Part shown: piece after piece, positions 29,101-37,170 of the stretch
Numbering within the stretch: position 1 is the stretch's first letter
Layout of the letters: each line of letters opens with the position of its first letter
Origin: Verrucomicrobiales bacterium
GTDB taxonomy: Bacteria; Verrucomicrobiota; Verrucomicrobiia; Verrucomicrobiales; SLCJ01
Length of the DNA: 51,643 nucleotides
Direction: 5' to 3'
Assembly: GCA_046075565.1 (NCBI GenBank)
Contig: JBJTQJ010000110.1
Coordinates: 1 to 51,643, forward strand
The notes under the pieces: model-generated
The model's input: the letters and a program-made list of their open reading frames with translations, nothing else
What the model was told of the DNA's origin: nothing
The model's database searches: none
Translations under genes and position numbers: made by a program

Positions 29101-29276
29101 TCACCGAGCAAGCCGTGTACGGCGCGAATGCGGCGGGCGAAAGCGGCGAGTTCCGGCGACTCGGAGAGCAGGCGGTCGATTTCGGCGCGTTCGAAGGCGG
29201 AGGCTTCGCCGAGAACGCAGGCGACCACCCGGGCTTCGAGGGTCGGGTCGTTCCATGGTTCAAGCGGTGGGTTCAT
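26190..29276 (-). CDS. Anti-sigma factor / TM / YfbK-like von Willebrand factor A fusion protein
   Basis: N-terminal ASD-like helices (LEARVVACVLGEASAFERAEIDRLL), TM (LLYVACMVFGLVVFSSLFF), long linker, vWF_A N-domain (VSTFSLNVSDASF, VRAEDYVNAMDYG), MIDAS DQSGS/GGTN/FTDG, DUF3520-like C-domain (ARNVKVQVRFNP...EDFRDDSVDAAEL). Confidence 0.88.
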   Translation of the reverse strand: MNPPLEPWNDPTLEARVVACVLGEASAFERAEIDRLLSESPELAAFARRIRAVHGLLGEATRGGAEDIWKMEPERRGKLLLGLGAPMPASQAMAMPARKKRRFDSRNLLYVACMVFGLVVFSSLFFSASSGRPGYSAKVTKSEAPRESDEQMVALAKETPADLFRSTTKDVSGALAANEAGPQSAAHYSRLAETGSSSGETIRFGLGQTEDRSEVAASPPGAPSSPAVAFAQPLPEPAPPPAPLVADNSGSINVAGELKPQQVAIATKHLEIRQKNNEELDYDLTVADENRKARSGQDTWFGTSDLAEGKDKDAESAFKKTGSGSVELSDGNSNGGGTVARNGSLSFEGFTNMGEPINGVTNGRRSGDAPVSRGQIDSILSGKNEKPGELSLREDVAKVEVVRELKPGDVGVVSEIEPQSMNQSGGIAAGTFFPATPPTPTDFEERVDSFGNTMVFPTEYDPPELPNSVGGAVRENVSRFDLAASAQMGEVPVVGRLFQDRLEETAPSADAPAGGGGELAGKLEIEGEKGEKKSGADVDPFASGPDDSAGDPFSSLQEEAAADPFAAEPEKPKSQEKSPAPEQQQAAPTMENKLTDAEPVSTFSLNVSDASFQLGARALLGGAPVPPESVRAEDYVNAMDYGDAMPARGEAVSAVIQQSGQPFVPGRNLVRIGVRTAADGRAQGQPLSLVLLVDQSGSMERPDRVEAMERALGELAGLLGKDDTLTVIGFAREPHLLADRISGDQAAKVPALIRNSPPQGGTNLEAAFDLASEVATRQAKPGAQNRVVLFTDGAANLGQIDPEALGARVEALRRQRIAFDACGVGTADLADNVLEAMTRRGDGRYLVLDAEGENSVAKQLAGAFRPAARNVKVQVRFNPERVEAYQLFGFEKHLLNEEDFRDDSVDAAELAAAEQGNALYQVRMRADGHGDIGDVAVRFQDTTTGRMVERNWTIPYDPSTPALDQAAPSMQLAAAAGLLAESLRGSPIGQSVDPASLVNVQVKLRSAFPGDSRVATLLAMWEQVRQRR

Positions 29277-29303
29277 TGTGGAAAGGGAGAGAGGGAGTTA
29301 GGC

Positions 29304-29873
29304 TTAGGCGCGGTCGATGCCGACCTGGCGGAGGCTTTGGGCGAGGGACTTGAGTAGGTGGTGGACTTTGTAGCCGACATTCCCGATGCTGAGGCCGGTG
29401 GTAGCGGCGATGGCGGCGTAGCTTTGTTGCTGGCGGTATTTCAAATCGATGAGGCGGGCGTCGTCGGGGTCGAGTTCGGAAAGGAGGAGGCGGAGGGTGC
29501 CGATGGCTTCGTGGCGGCCGAGTTCTTCATCCGGTGCGGCCTGGGGGTGGGGTTCGGATTTTCCGGCGTCCTCCGCTAAAACCTCGCGGGCTTGGTCGCG
29601 GTGTTCGTTATAGGCGAGATTGCGCACGCAACGGTAGAGCCAGGCGCGGGGGTTGCGCACTCCTTCCCATTCCCGGTGCAGGCGGAGAAACGCCTCCTGC
29701 ACGACCTCCTCGGCCACGGCCCGGCGGCCGAGCAGCCCGAAGGCATACCGCAACAATGGTCCCTCCTCCGCCTCAAACAGCGCGGGAAGGTCGGGCGCGG
29801 CGGATTCGGACATGCGGGCGGCGGGCGCGGGTTGGGTCGAGGAAACCGGCATGGAGTGGGCTTCTATAGACAA
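29304..29873 (-). CDS. ECF RNA polymerase sigma factor
   Basis: AEEVVQEAFLRL, PRAWLYRCVRN, SYAAIAATTGLSIGNVGYKVH. True start may be ATG 29852 or 29813. Confidence 0.92.
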   Translation of the reverse strand: MSIEAHSMPVSSTQPAPAARMSESAAPDLPALFEAEEGPLLRYAFGLLGRRAVAEEVVQEAFLRLHREWEGVRNPRAWLYRCVRNLAYNEHRDQAREVLAEDAGKSEPHPQAAPDEELGRHEAIGTLRLLLSELDPDDARLIDLKYRQQQSYAAIAATTGLSIGNVGYKVHHLLKSLAQSLRQVGIDRA

Positions 29874-30042
29874 GACACCGTGGATGGGGATTTCTTGGAA
29901 AAAAATCGTATTTTCTTTTCAGATAAACGAAATCGGCTCCAGAAGCCCCTTGGAGGCCAAAAATCCCCCAAAAAATGCCAAAATCCTCGGGCAGGATGCT
30001 GAAACCGGTTGACATATACCCAAAAATCCGGGAAAAACAAAA

Positions 30043-30072
30043 TTGCAACCCGGGGGTATCCCGGTTTATCAT
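30043..30072 (+). promoter_or_regulatory. Possible sigma-70 promoter for the Pro-rich gene
   Basis: TTGCAA-N18-TATCAT ending 10 nt before ATG 30083, in an A-rich divergent intergenic region. Confidence 0.3.
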
Positions 30073-30082
30073 TCCATCACCT

Positions 30083-30946
30083 ATGAGCGAGCAGGATCCC
30101 ACAACACCAACGCCGGAGAATCCCTCTGGAACGCCCATTCCCCCGCAGACCGCACGGGTCACCACGAAGACCTCGCAGGTGCCGTTGAAGACCTCGCGGG
30201 TCTCGCTCTCGGGCAAGCCGGAAACCAAGACTTCCCAAATTCCTCTGCGCAAGGAAACGGTCCGCATCACGCTCAAAGCCACTCCTGAAGCCAAGGATGG
30301 ACCGACGGCCCCGAAATCGATGGCGGCCCCCACCGCGCCTCCTCCTTCCGGAGTTGCCGCTCCGAAGCCGCCTTCGCTTCCCACGGCCACGGCCCCGCTC
30401 AAACCGACTCCGCCCGTAGCTCCCGGCGTCGCCCCGACGGTTACTTTCAAACCGACTCCGCCCGTAGCTCCCTGCGTCGCCCCGACGGTTACTTTGAAAC
30501 CGACAGCGCCCGCCGCTGCACCGACCATTGCCCTGAAAAAGCCCGGTGCCCCCGGTGGCGCCCCCGCCGCCGCGCCGACCATCCCGCTTCGTCCTGGTGG
30601 CCCTGGACCGGCCGCCACCACCGCGCTCAAGCCCACGCCCGGAGCACCCGGCGCCGCCCCCACCCAGGTTCTTCCGCAAGCCACCACGAAGCTGCGGCAA
30701 ACCCAGCCGCTTGGTCATCTCCCGCCGCCCAGCGCGCCTATCAGCGTGGCACCCAAGTCCGCCAGCGCCGAAGACACCGCCGGGGAAAGCGATACGATGA
30801 ACATCATCCTCGCCGCCCTGGTGCTACTCACCACCATCTTCCTTGGCACCCTCCAGTATGCCAAGAGCCGCGTGGCCGATGTCAAAGACGCCGACATTCA
30901 AGCTGTCAAAGCCGAGTCGTCCTTCATCGACCTGCTCAGCAAATAA
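30083..30946 (+). CDS. Pro/Ala/Thr-rich disordered protein with a C-terminal TM anchor
   Basis: KTSQVPLK/KTSRVSL/KTSQIPLRKETVRITLK, repeated APTxxLKP units, TM IILAALVLLTTIFLGTLQY. Confidence 0.8.
   Translation: MSEQDPTTPTPENPSGTPIPPQTARVTTKTSQVPLKTSRVSLSGKPETKTSQIPLRKETVRITLKATPEAKDGPTAPKSMAAPTAPPPSGVAAPKPPSLPTATAPLKPTPPVAPGVAPTVTFKPTPPVAPCVAPTVTLKPTAPAAAPTIALKKPGAPGGAPAAAPTIPLRPGGPGPAATTALKPTPGAPGAAPTQVLPQATTKLRQTQPLGHLPPPSAPISVAPKSASAEDTAGESDTMNIILAALVLLTTIFLGTLQYAKSRVADVKDADIQAVKAESSFIDLLSK
30401..30504 (+). repeat. 48-bp in-frame tandem duplication (2 copies plus a partial third)
   Basis: aaaccgactccgcccgtagctcc...gacggttactttc at 30401-30448 and 30449-30496 with two mismatches; encodes KPTPPVAP(G/C)VAPTVT(F/L). 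Confidence 0.95.
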
Positions 30947-30979
30947 GCTTCAATCAATTCCAGCCAATCCAACACAATC

Positions 30980-31063
30980 ATGGCCGCTCAAATCATCTTT
31001 ACCATCATTGCCCTGGCAGTTCTCGGCATCGAAGCCTACGTCACTTTCGTCGAGAAACTCTAA
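30980..31063 (+). CDS. Small single-TM peptide (27 aa)
   Basis: MAAQIIFTIIALAVLGIEAYVTFVEKL; host-like codon choice; lies between the Pro-rich gene and a terminator. Confidence 0.6.
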   Translation: MAAQIIFTIIALAVLGIEAYVTFVEKL

Positions 31064-31092
31064 CAGCCCAAAGGCATCATCGCTCGCAAACG

Positions 31093-31126
31093 CGGCTGGC
31101 CGGTTCTCCGGCCAGCCGTTTTTTTT
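31093..31126 (+). terminator. Rho-independent terminator
   Basis: cggctggccgg-ttct-ccggccagccg perfect 11-bp stem followed by T8. Confidence 0.9.
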
Positions 31127-31160
31127 GCGCGTGTCCGTGGTCAGGCACGTCCACTCCCTT

Positions 31161-31268
31161 GTAGGGCAAGACCGGGACGGTCTTGCTACGATTGACATAG
31201 AACCTCACGGGGATATGGCCTAATGAGGATCCATCGGAGTAGTAGCAAGACCGTCCCGGTCTTGCCCT
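31161..31268. repeat. GTAG-type REP doublet (REPIN-like)
   Basis: 27-bp perfect inverted repeat (31163-31189 / 31242-31268); each arm contains the hairpin gcaagacc-N5-ggtcttgc next to a GTAG. Confidence 0.85.
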
Positions 31269-31370
31269 GAGACCTGATCGCTCTTTGGCATTTCTAGTGC
31301 TAAACCGACAGTATTGGGCACGGGTAAAGCCGGACAATGAAGCGGCTGATTCCCATTTCGCGATCTGGGT

Positions 31371-33185
31371 TCACTTCTTCGCGGCCGGGCACATCGCGGA
31401 GTATTTCCCTGGTCCGGCTTCGGCGACGACTCTGCCATTTTCCATCCGCAGGAATTTCGGGGATTGCTTCTGCTCACTGGTGAAGGTGATTTCCTCCATC
31501 GATTTCGCGGGCAAATGCACCTCGGCGGTCGTTCCCGCAGGCACGGAGCATTCGAGCTTCCATGCACCCTGCGGGCGGGTGAAGTTTGCTTCAATCGCTC
31601 CTTTGGGACTGGGGGCGCGGATGGAAGCGTGCTCGAGGTTGCCGGGTTGCGGACGAAGCCGGAAACGCTTGAATCCCGGTTCGAGCGGTTCGATACCCAT
31701 GAGCTTGCGGGGAATGACATTGGCAGGCACTGCGCCCCAGGCGTGGTTCCAGTCGAGGTTCGGCTTGTATTTGATGTCCCATGCTTCGAGCGCGACCGTC
31801 GAGCCGGCTTGAATCATATTGTGCCAGCTCCGATCATGTTTGGCATTCATGAGCGCGAGGGCGGCATCCGCGCGACCGGCTTCATACAATCCATCGAGCA
31901 GGAATTGCGCACCATAGACCGAACACGCCATGCCCCGGCTCTCCACGAAATCCGCGACCGACTTCACATGCTGCGGTGCAACCAATCCGAGGGCCAGCGG
32001 AAGCATGTTCGCGTGTAAGGAAGCATGGGCGGAGGGTTTGCCGGTTTTTTGGTCGAGGCCGTCGATGTAGATACCCCGCGCCGGATCCATGAGTTTCTCG
32101 CGCATGGCGGCGATGGTGACCTGCGCCATCTTTTCAAACCGGGAGGCATCTTCTGTTTTCCCGATGTCCTTGGCCATCCGCGCCATCAATTGCAGCGAGT
32201 GGGCATGGAACGCGCTGGTGACTGTCTTGACCATCACCTTCATGTCGTAGCCATCGCGTTCGCCGACCGGCCAATCGATTATATCGCGCGGCTCGCCTTT
32301 TTCCTGACCAAGGAACAATCCATCCTCGCGCCGGCGATCGAGCATGAGCTTTTGCACGAGCACGTCATAATGAGCGCGGATGGAGGCATCATCGCCGCTG
32401 TAAAGATAGTCCGCCCAAGCCATGAGAACCGCTTGCTGGCGCCACTCCATCGGCCAGGTCGGGTAAACGAGCAGATGTTCATGGGTAAGCCGTCCAGTCA
32501 AGTAATGGGCATCCACGCCGTAGTGACAAAGCTGGTTGATCCATGCGTCGGCCTCATAGGGCTTGCGTTCGCGGTCGCCATCAACGTAGAGGCCGACAAA
32601 AGTGGTGGCCCGGATGGTGTGTTTGCACATGTCCCAGACCGCATCCAACACGGGATCGGAGGAAGAGAAATGGGATGCTTTTTCATCAAAAGCGACTTGC
32701 CGCGTGCGGCGGGTGGCTTTTGGTTTATTGGATGCCAGCCCTTCGATCTCTACATAACGGAATGGCGTGATCTCATCCATGCCCTCCGCATTGGGAATCC
32801 AGTTCGTATGCTTGGGTTCCCATTTGGGAAGGATCTTCACCGACTTGGCTCCCGCCGCCACCTTTGCCTCAACCTGCTGGTAACGAATCGTGCCACCAGG
32901 ATTGCGGTCGATTTTTCCCGCCCCGGCGAGTTTCTCCCCGAAGTGCACGATGATGTCCGCGGGAGCGGCCAACGGAGCGGCAAACTCCAACTCAAGATTG
33001 CCGAAAGTGGCTTTGCCAAAATCAAGGAAAAGACTTCCATTCGGCCCTTCGGCGGAAGCAGTTGGCTGCTCCAAAACCTCGATCAACGGAGCCCTCGCGA
33101 TGACCTTGGCCTTCGGGAGTTCTTTCGGGGCGGCGGTCGCGAGGCTTGCCAGTAGACCGGTGAGCAGAATGAGGGATGTGCGCAT
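31371..33185 (-). CDS. Secreted alpha-L-rhamnosidase-like glycoside hydrolase (GH78)
   Basis: Signal peptide from ATG 33185; LDFGK, FRYVEI, YVDGDRERKPYEAD, IIDWP, EAWD...NHAWG, GIEPLEPGF. The ORF-track extension to 34229 overlaps other genes. Confidence 0.88.
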   Translation of the reverse strand: MRTSLILLTGLLASLATAAPKELPKAKVIARAPLIEVLEQPTASAEGPNGSLFLDFGKATFGNLELEFAAPLAAPADIIVHFGEKLAGAGKIDRNPGGTIRYQQVEAKVAAGAKSVKILPKWEPKHTNWIPNAEGMDEITPFRYVEIEGLASNKPKATRRTRQVAFDEKASHFSSSDPVLDAVWDMCKHTIRATTFVGLYVDGDRERKPYEADAWINQLCHYGVDAHYLTGRLTHEHLLVYPTWPMEWRQQAVLMAWADYLYSGDDASIRAHYDVLVQKLMLDRRREDGLFLGQEKGEPRDIIDWPVGERDGYDMKVMVKTVTSAFHAHSLQLMARMAKDIGKTEDASRFEKMAQVTIAAMREKLMDPARGIYIDGLDQKTGKPSAHASLHANMLPLALGLVAPQHVKSVADFVESRGMACSVYGAQFLLDGLYEAGRADAALALMNAKHDRSWHNMIQAGSTVALEAWDIKYKPNLDWNHAWGAVPANVIPRKLMGIEPLEPGFKRFRLRPQPGNLEHASIRAPSPKGAIEANFTRPQGAWKLECSVPAGTTAEVHLPAKSMEEITFTSEQKQSPKFLRMENGRVVAEAGPGKYSAMCPAAKK

Positions 33186-33220
33186 GGGAAAATCGGGTTC
33201 GGCAAGATACTCGACGCGGC

Positions 33221-33895
33221 TCATTGATTTGTCACCCTTTCGTAACGAAGGAAAAGCTCGTCGCCCACCGGTTCCACGGAAGCGAGTTGAAGCCCGATCG
33301 ATGCTGTCCATGCGACATCCTTCGACAGCAACCGCGGGGCGGTATAGCCTCCGAAGACCACGGGCACGAGGGTCAGGTAAAGGGCATCGACCAGGCCGGC
33401 TTGGACCAGAAGATTGAAGATTCGCGCCCCTCCTTCGCAGTGGAGGTGCCGCCAGCCCTCGGATTCGGCGAGGGTAAGGATCCGGCGGCACAGGTCGGGA
33501 CCGTTGCTTTCGGGGCTGGGATGCCAGACAGCATTTTTCGCATCTCCCCCACCCTGTCCCGAGGGAAGCAAAATATGGAGCGGCCCGGCCGCCGCCGAGA
33601 AAACCGGATGGTCCAGGGCGAGGGGGTGGCGACCACCGACCACCACCCGGGCCGGGAATTCCGCCCGGCCGGCTGCGAGCCGTTGGTCCCGCCATTCCCG
33701 CGTCGAGCCAAGGCCGAGGCTCATGCGGTCGGCTACGAGGGTGGCTTGCCCGACGAGCACGGCATCGGCCTCCGCCCGCAAGGCGAGAAGCCTCCGGTGG
33801 TCTTCCTTTGAACCAAAGCCGGATCCACCCGGCCCGCGTGCGGAAATTTTTCCATCGGCGGAAAGGGCGAAGTTGGCGGTGATCCGGAGTCCCAT
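33221..33895 (-). CDS. RibD C-terminal / dihydrofolate reductase-like protein
   Basis: ALSADGKI, RAEADAVLVGQAT, CEGGARI, GLVDALYLTLVPVVFGG. Confidence 0.85.
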   Translation of the reverse strand: MGLRITANFALSADGKISARGPGGSGFGSKEDHRRLLALRAEADAVLVGQATLVADRMSLGLGSTREWRDQRLAAGRAEFPARVVVGGRHPLALDHPVFSAAAGPLHILLPSGQGGGDAKNAVWHPSPESNGPDLCRRILTLAESEGWRHLHCEGGARIFNLLVQAGLVDALYLTLVPVVFGGYTAPRLLSKDVAWTASIGLQLASVEPVGDELFLRYERVTNQ

Positions 33896-33989
33896 GCCCT
33901 ACTCTAACCCTCCTCGTCGGGACGGAAGCAATCTTTTTGGTCCCGCCCGGTTGCGCGGTTTCCGCGTCTGGTCTAAGGGTAGGGCGCCT

Positions 33990-34904
33990 ATGGAAAAACC
34001 GACTTTGATGGTATTGGCCGCCGGAATGGGAAGCCGCTACGGAGGATTGAAACAGATGGACCCGATGGGGCCGAACGGGGAAACCGTGCTCGACTACTCG
34101 GTCTTCGATGCCCTGCGGGGCGGCTTCGGCCGGGTGGTTTTTGTCATCCGCCGCGACTTCGAACAAGCCTTCCGCGACGGCGTGGGAGCGAAATTCTGCG
34201 ACCGCGTGCCGGTGGAATATGCCTTCCAATCGCTCGATGATCTGCCGTCAGGATTCACGGTTCCGGATGGGCGCGAAAAGCCCTGGGGCACCGCCCACGC
34301 GATCCGCGCAGCGAGGGATTTGGTCAATGGTCCTTTCGCCGTGATCAATGCCGATGACTTCTACGGACGCGACGCCTATGTGCAGCTCGGGCAGTTCCTG
34401 TCCGAGCCGCGCGACGAAACCACCAAAGGCCATTTCGCGATGGTCGGGTTTGAACTGCGCCGCACCCTCTCCGATTTCGGCAGCGTCGCCCGCGGCATTT
34501 GCCGGGCCAACGCCGAGGGTTACCTCGAGTCGGTGGTCGAAATGACAAAAATCTTCAAGACGAATACGGGCGCGGAAAACCGCGAGGATGGAGCGGCACC
34601 GATTCCGCTCACCGGTGGCGAATTGGTATCCATGAACATGTGGGGCTTCACGCCCGCACTTGTTCCGCTGCTCGAATCGAAGTTCATCGAGTTTCTCTCG
34701 GCCAAAGGCCGCGAACTGAAAAGCGAGGCCTACATCCCGATGGTCGTCGATGAATTGATCCGCGAAGGCAAAGCCGACACGCGCATGCTGCCAACCAGCT
34801 CGGAGTGGTTCGGTGTGACCTACCGCGAGGATAAACCCCAGGTCATGGCCTCCATCGCCCGACTCATCGAAGCCGGGGAATATCCGGCCAATCTCTGGGG
34901 CTGA
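33990..34904 (+). CDS. Sugar-phosphate nucleotidyltransferase family protein
   Basis: LAAGMGSRYGGLKQ, KPWGTAHA, VINADDFYG, VSMNMWGF, WFGVTY. Confidence 0.9.
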   Translation: MEKPTLMVLAAGMGSRYGGLKQMDPMGPNGETVLDYSVFDALRGGFGRVVFVIRRDFEQAFRDGVGAKFCDRVPVEYAFQSLDDLPSGFTVPDGREKPWGTAHAIRAARDLVNGPFAVINADDFYGRDAYVQLGQFLSEPRDETTKGHFAMVGFELRRTLSDFGSVARGICRANAEGYLESVVEMTKIFKTNTGAENREDGAAPIPLTGGELVSMNMWGFTPALVPLLESKFIEFLSAKGRELKSEAYIPMVVDELIREGKADTRMLPTSSEWFGVTYREDKPQVMASIARLIEAGEYPANLWG

Positions 34905-34967
34905 GCGGCGAAGCTCCCGGCCTGCAAGATCTCCATTGCGCGAACCCGGGTTTCGGGTTCAAATCCG

Positions 34968-35165
34968 GTGTGGCCATTTCCTTCTCGCTGCTCCCGCGCA
35001 CGCGCTGGCATTACCCTCGGGACTTGGGAAACGCTGGGCTCGCTGAATTGGAAACCCCACGAGAGTTTCATCCGGGAAATGGAGGACGGCGCGCTTCCAC
35101 TGGACCGCCCGATGGTCACACCCGTGAGCCTGACCCGCGACCCGAAAGTGAAAAAAGTGTGGTGA
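34968..35165 (+). pseudogene. Possible C-terminal remnant of a PIN-domain toxin
   Basis: Frame ends ALPLDRPMVTPVSLTRDPKVKKVW, loosely like PIN C-termini; immediately upstream of a decayed TA pair. Weak. Confidence 0.2.
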
Positions 35166-35253
35166 CCTGCACCGCCCAGAAGATCGAAGGCACGGGTGGC
35201 CGCCACAAAATTCACGTCGCCTAAGCACACGATGACAGTGTGATTGCCATACC

Positions 35254-35491
35254 ATGACCACCGTTCTCTCACAAAAAGGCCGGATTGTTTTACCCAGCGC
35301 CGTGCTGGAGCAGATGCATCTGCAGCCGGGGCAGGATTTTGAAGTTTTCATTGATGATGAAGACACCATCACCCTGCGACGGATCAACCGCCCCCCCCAA
35401 CAGCGGCCTAGTGGATCATCTTCTCGCCTGTCCCTGCCCATTCGAGGTTTCCCCGCGTTCCAGAGATACCACCAAGTCGATTGCCCTGTGA
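35254..35491 (+). pseudogene. AbrB/MazE/SpoVT-family antitoxin, frameshifted in a C8 tract
   Basis: MTTVLSQKGRIVLP...LQPGQDFEV AbrB motif; removing one C at 35391-35398 gives ...NRPPNSGLVDHLLACPCPFEV...IAL* with a GTGA overlap onto the toxin start. Confidence 0.75.
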
Positions 35492-35619
35492 GCTACCTCG
35501 TGGATACCAAGGTCCTGAGCGAACTCGCCAAGCACCAACCCGATCCCGGGGTGACCGCCTGGCTGCGCGACCACGAGCCGGAGCTTTGCGTAAGCACGAA
35601 AATGATCCTTGGATCATGA
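35488..35619 (+). pseudogene. Truncated VapC/PIN-domain toxin
   Basis: MSYLVDTKVLSELAKHQPDPGVTAWLRDHEPELCVST matches a PIN N-terminus (xLDTNVLSE) but stops after 43 codons, abutting the convergent oxidase gene. Confidence 0.8.
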
Positions 35620-36984
35620 TCAAGAATTGCCGGTCATCTCTTCGGCCGCCCGCAGGCCAGAGAGATAAGCGCCGTGCGCGGTGGCAAAGCGGGTGCGTTC
35701 GGTGGCTTCTCCTGCAAAAAACAACCGGCCGTCCAGCGGCGCGGCCAATGTGGCTCGCATGGCCGGTTTGAAGCCCACCGCATTGAAGGAATAGGATCCG
35801 CAGGCAAAGGGATCAGCCGCCCAGCGGGTGATTTGCCATGATTCCGGCTCGGGAATGGCATTGCCGTAGATGGTGCGCAGCACGGTCATCGCACTGGCGA
35901 CGATCTGGGCATCGGTTTGCGCTTCTTTGGCCGCGGCCACGTCGGCGGCAAGAAATCCGATCAGAACAGGCTTCTTCATGGCTTTTTGCAAACTGACCCA
36001 CTGCGTCCATTCGCCATGAACCGTCGGGATGTATTCAATCCAATCCACATCCTCCGGCCAGAAAGCGCTGGAAAATCGCAGACAGCATTTGTTCAGTAGT
36101 CCCATCCCCAGTCTCTTGATCGCCTCCTGCTTCGCCGCTGGCAAGGCGGGAGTGAATCTAGGCTGCCCGGTTTTCAGCACACCCAGCGGTAGCGTCACCA
36201 GCACCTTGTCGGCCGTGAACTCGCCGCCATTCGTCGTCACGCGGACTTCCGGCTTGCTCCAGTCGATGGTCGTCACCACTTTGCCCATGCGGATGTCGAG
36301 CCCGGCGGCGAGATGGTCAATGATGACCCGGAATCCGGCGGCGAACAGTTTATCGGGCCCGGAGTAGGCACTGCTTTCGTCATACCAGTGGGCGCTGAGT
36401 TGTCCGGCGCTGCCGGAATACTCGGTCTCCATCTCGCTGCTCAGGATAAAGTTCGCTTCACGCCGCACCGCCTCGGTGGCATCGGGTCCCAAGAGGCTGT
36501 TCAGCGCCTGACGGAGCGTTTGATCCGCATCGGCATCCTGGGCCACCTCCAGGATGCTGTAAATCTTCTCCCGCAAGGCATCGAGCCGCTTCTCATCTGC
36601 CGCCGTCCACTTGCTACCATCCGTGTTATAGCCGGTCGAGTCTGCATAGCGCGTGGTGACCATCGTTGCCTTCGCCTCGGTCGCCAACGGGGTGAGCGGA
36701 TTGCCCTTGGTGTTATGAATCCAAGATGCCCCGAGATCCAACGGTAGATCGCTCCATTGCATGCTCGTATGGATCCGCCCGCCAATACGATCGCGCCCCT
36801 CCAGCACAATCACCTCATGCCCTAATCCCTTCAAGCGCCTCGCCGCTGCCAAACCGGCCATCCCCGCTCCGATGACGATGATCCGTTGCCGGTTCCGCAT
36901 CTCCGCCAAAGCTGTTTGCCCCGGAGTCAGAGCTATTCCGGCAAGAATGGATTTCAGAATGAGCGTAAAGTCACGGCGATTCAT
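35620..36984 (-). CDS. Flavin monoamine/polyamine oxidase family protein with Tat-like signal
   Basis: MNRRDF leader; IGAGMAGL...EGRDRIGGRI FAD-binding motif, DLGASWIH, RWAADPFACGSYS, FFAGEAT, TAHGAYLSG. Confidence 0.92.
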   Translation of the reverse strand: MNRRDFTLILKSILAGIALTPGQTALAEMRNRQRIIVIGAGMAGLAAARRLKGLGHEVIVLEGRDRIGGRIHTSMQWSDLPLDLGASWIHNTKGNPLTPLATEAKATMVTTRYADSTGYNTDGSKWTAADEKRLDALREKIYSILEVAQDADADQTLRQALNSLLGPDATEAVRREANFILSSEMETEYSGSAGQLSAHWYDESSAYSGPDKLFAAGFRVIIDHLAAGLDIRMGKVVTTIDWSKPEVRVTTNGGEFTADKVLVTLPLGVLKTGQPRFTPALPAAKQEAIKRLGMGLLNKCCLRFSSAFWPEDVDWIEYIPTVHGEWTQWVSLQKAMKKPVLIGFLAADVAAAKEAQTDAQIVASAMTVLRTIYGNAIPEPESWQITRWAADPFACGSYSFNAVGFKPAMRATLAAPLDGRLFFAGEATERTRFATAHGAYLSGLRAAEEMTGNS

Positions 36985-37170
36985 CAGACCCGATGATATT
37001 CGATGGGATTTTTGGCGACAAGATCTTTCATCGCCATGCTGGCAAGTTTGAGTTACCTGCCCATGCCGCGTTTCGCATTTTTAGCCACGATCGAGATTCA
37101 CGAGGGGATGCCCGTGCTCCTTCGGGCCTCGGGGTAGCACAGGGGGAGGCAGCGGTGCCGCCCCGGTTTC

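Noticed and set aside
30401-30504. Possible CRISPR array
   Set aside because: In-frame coding tandem duplication with no spacers and no cas genes.
33186-34229. 952-aa extended GH78 ORF and 496-aa extended nucleotidyltransferase ORF
   Set aside because: Extensions are Arg/Pro-rich read-through overlapping the RibD-like gene; family motifs begin at 33185 and 33990.
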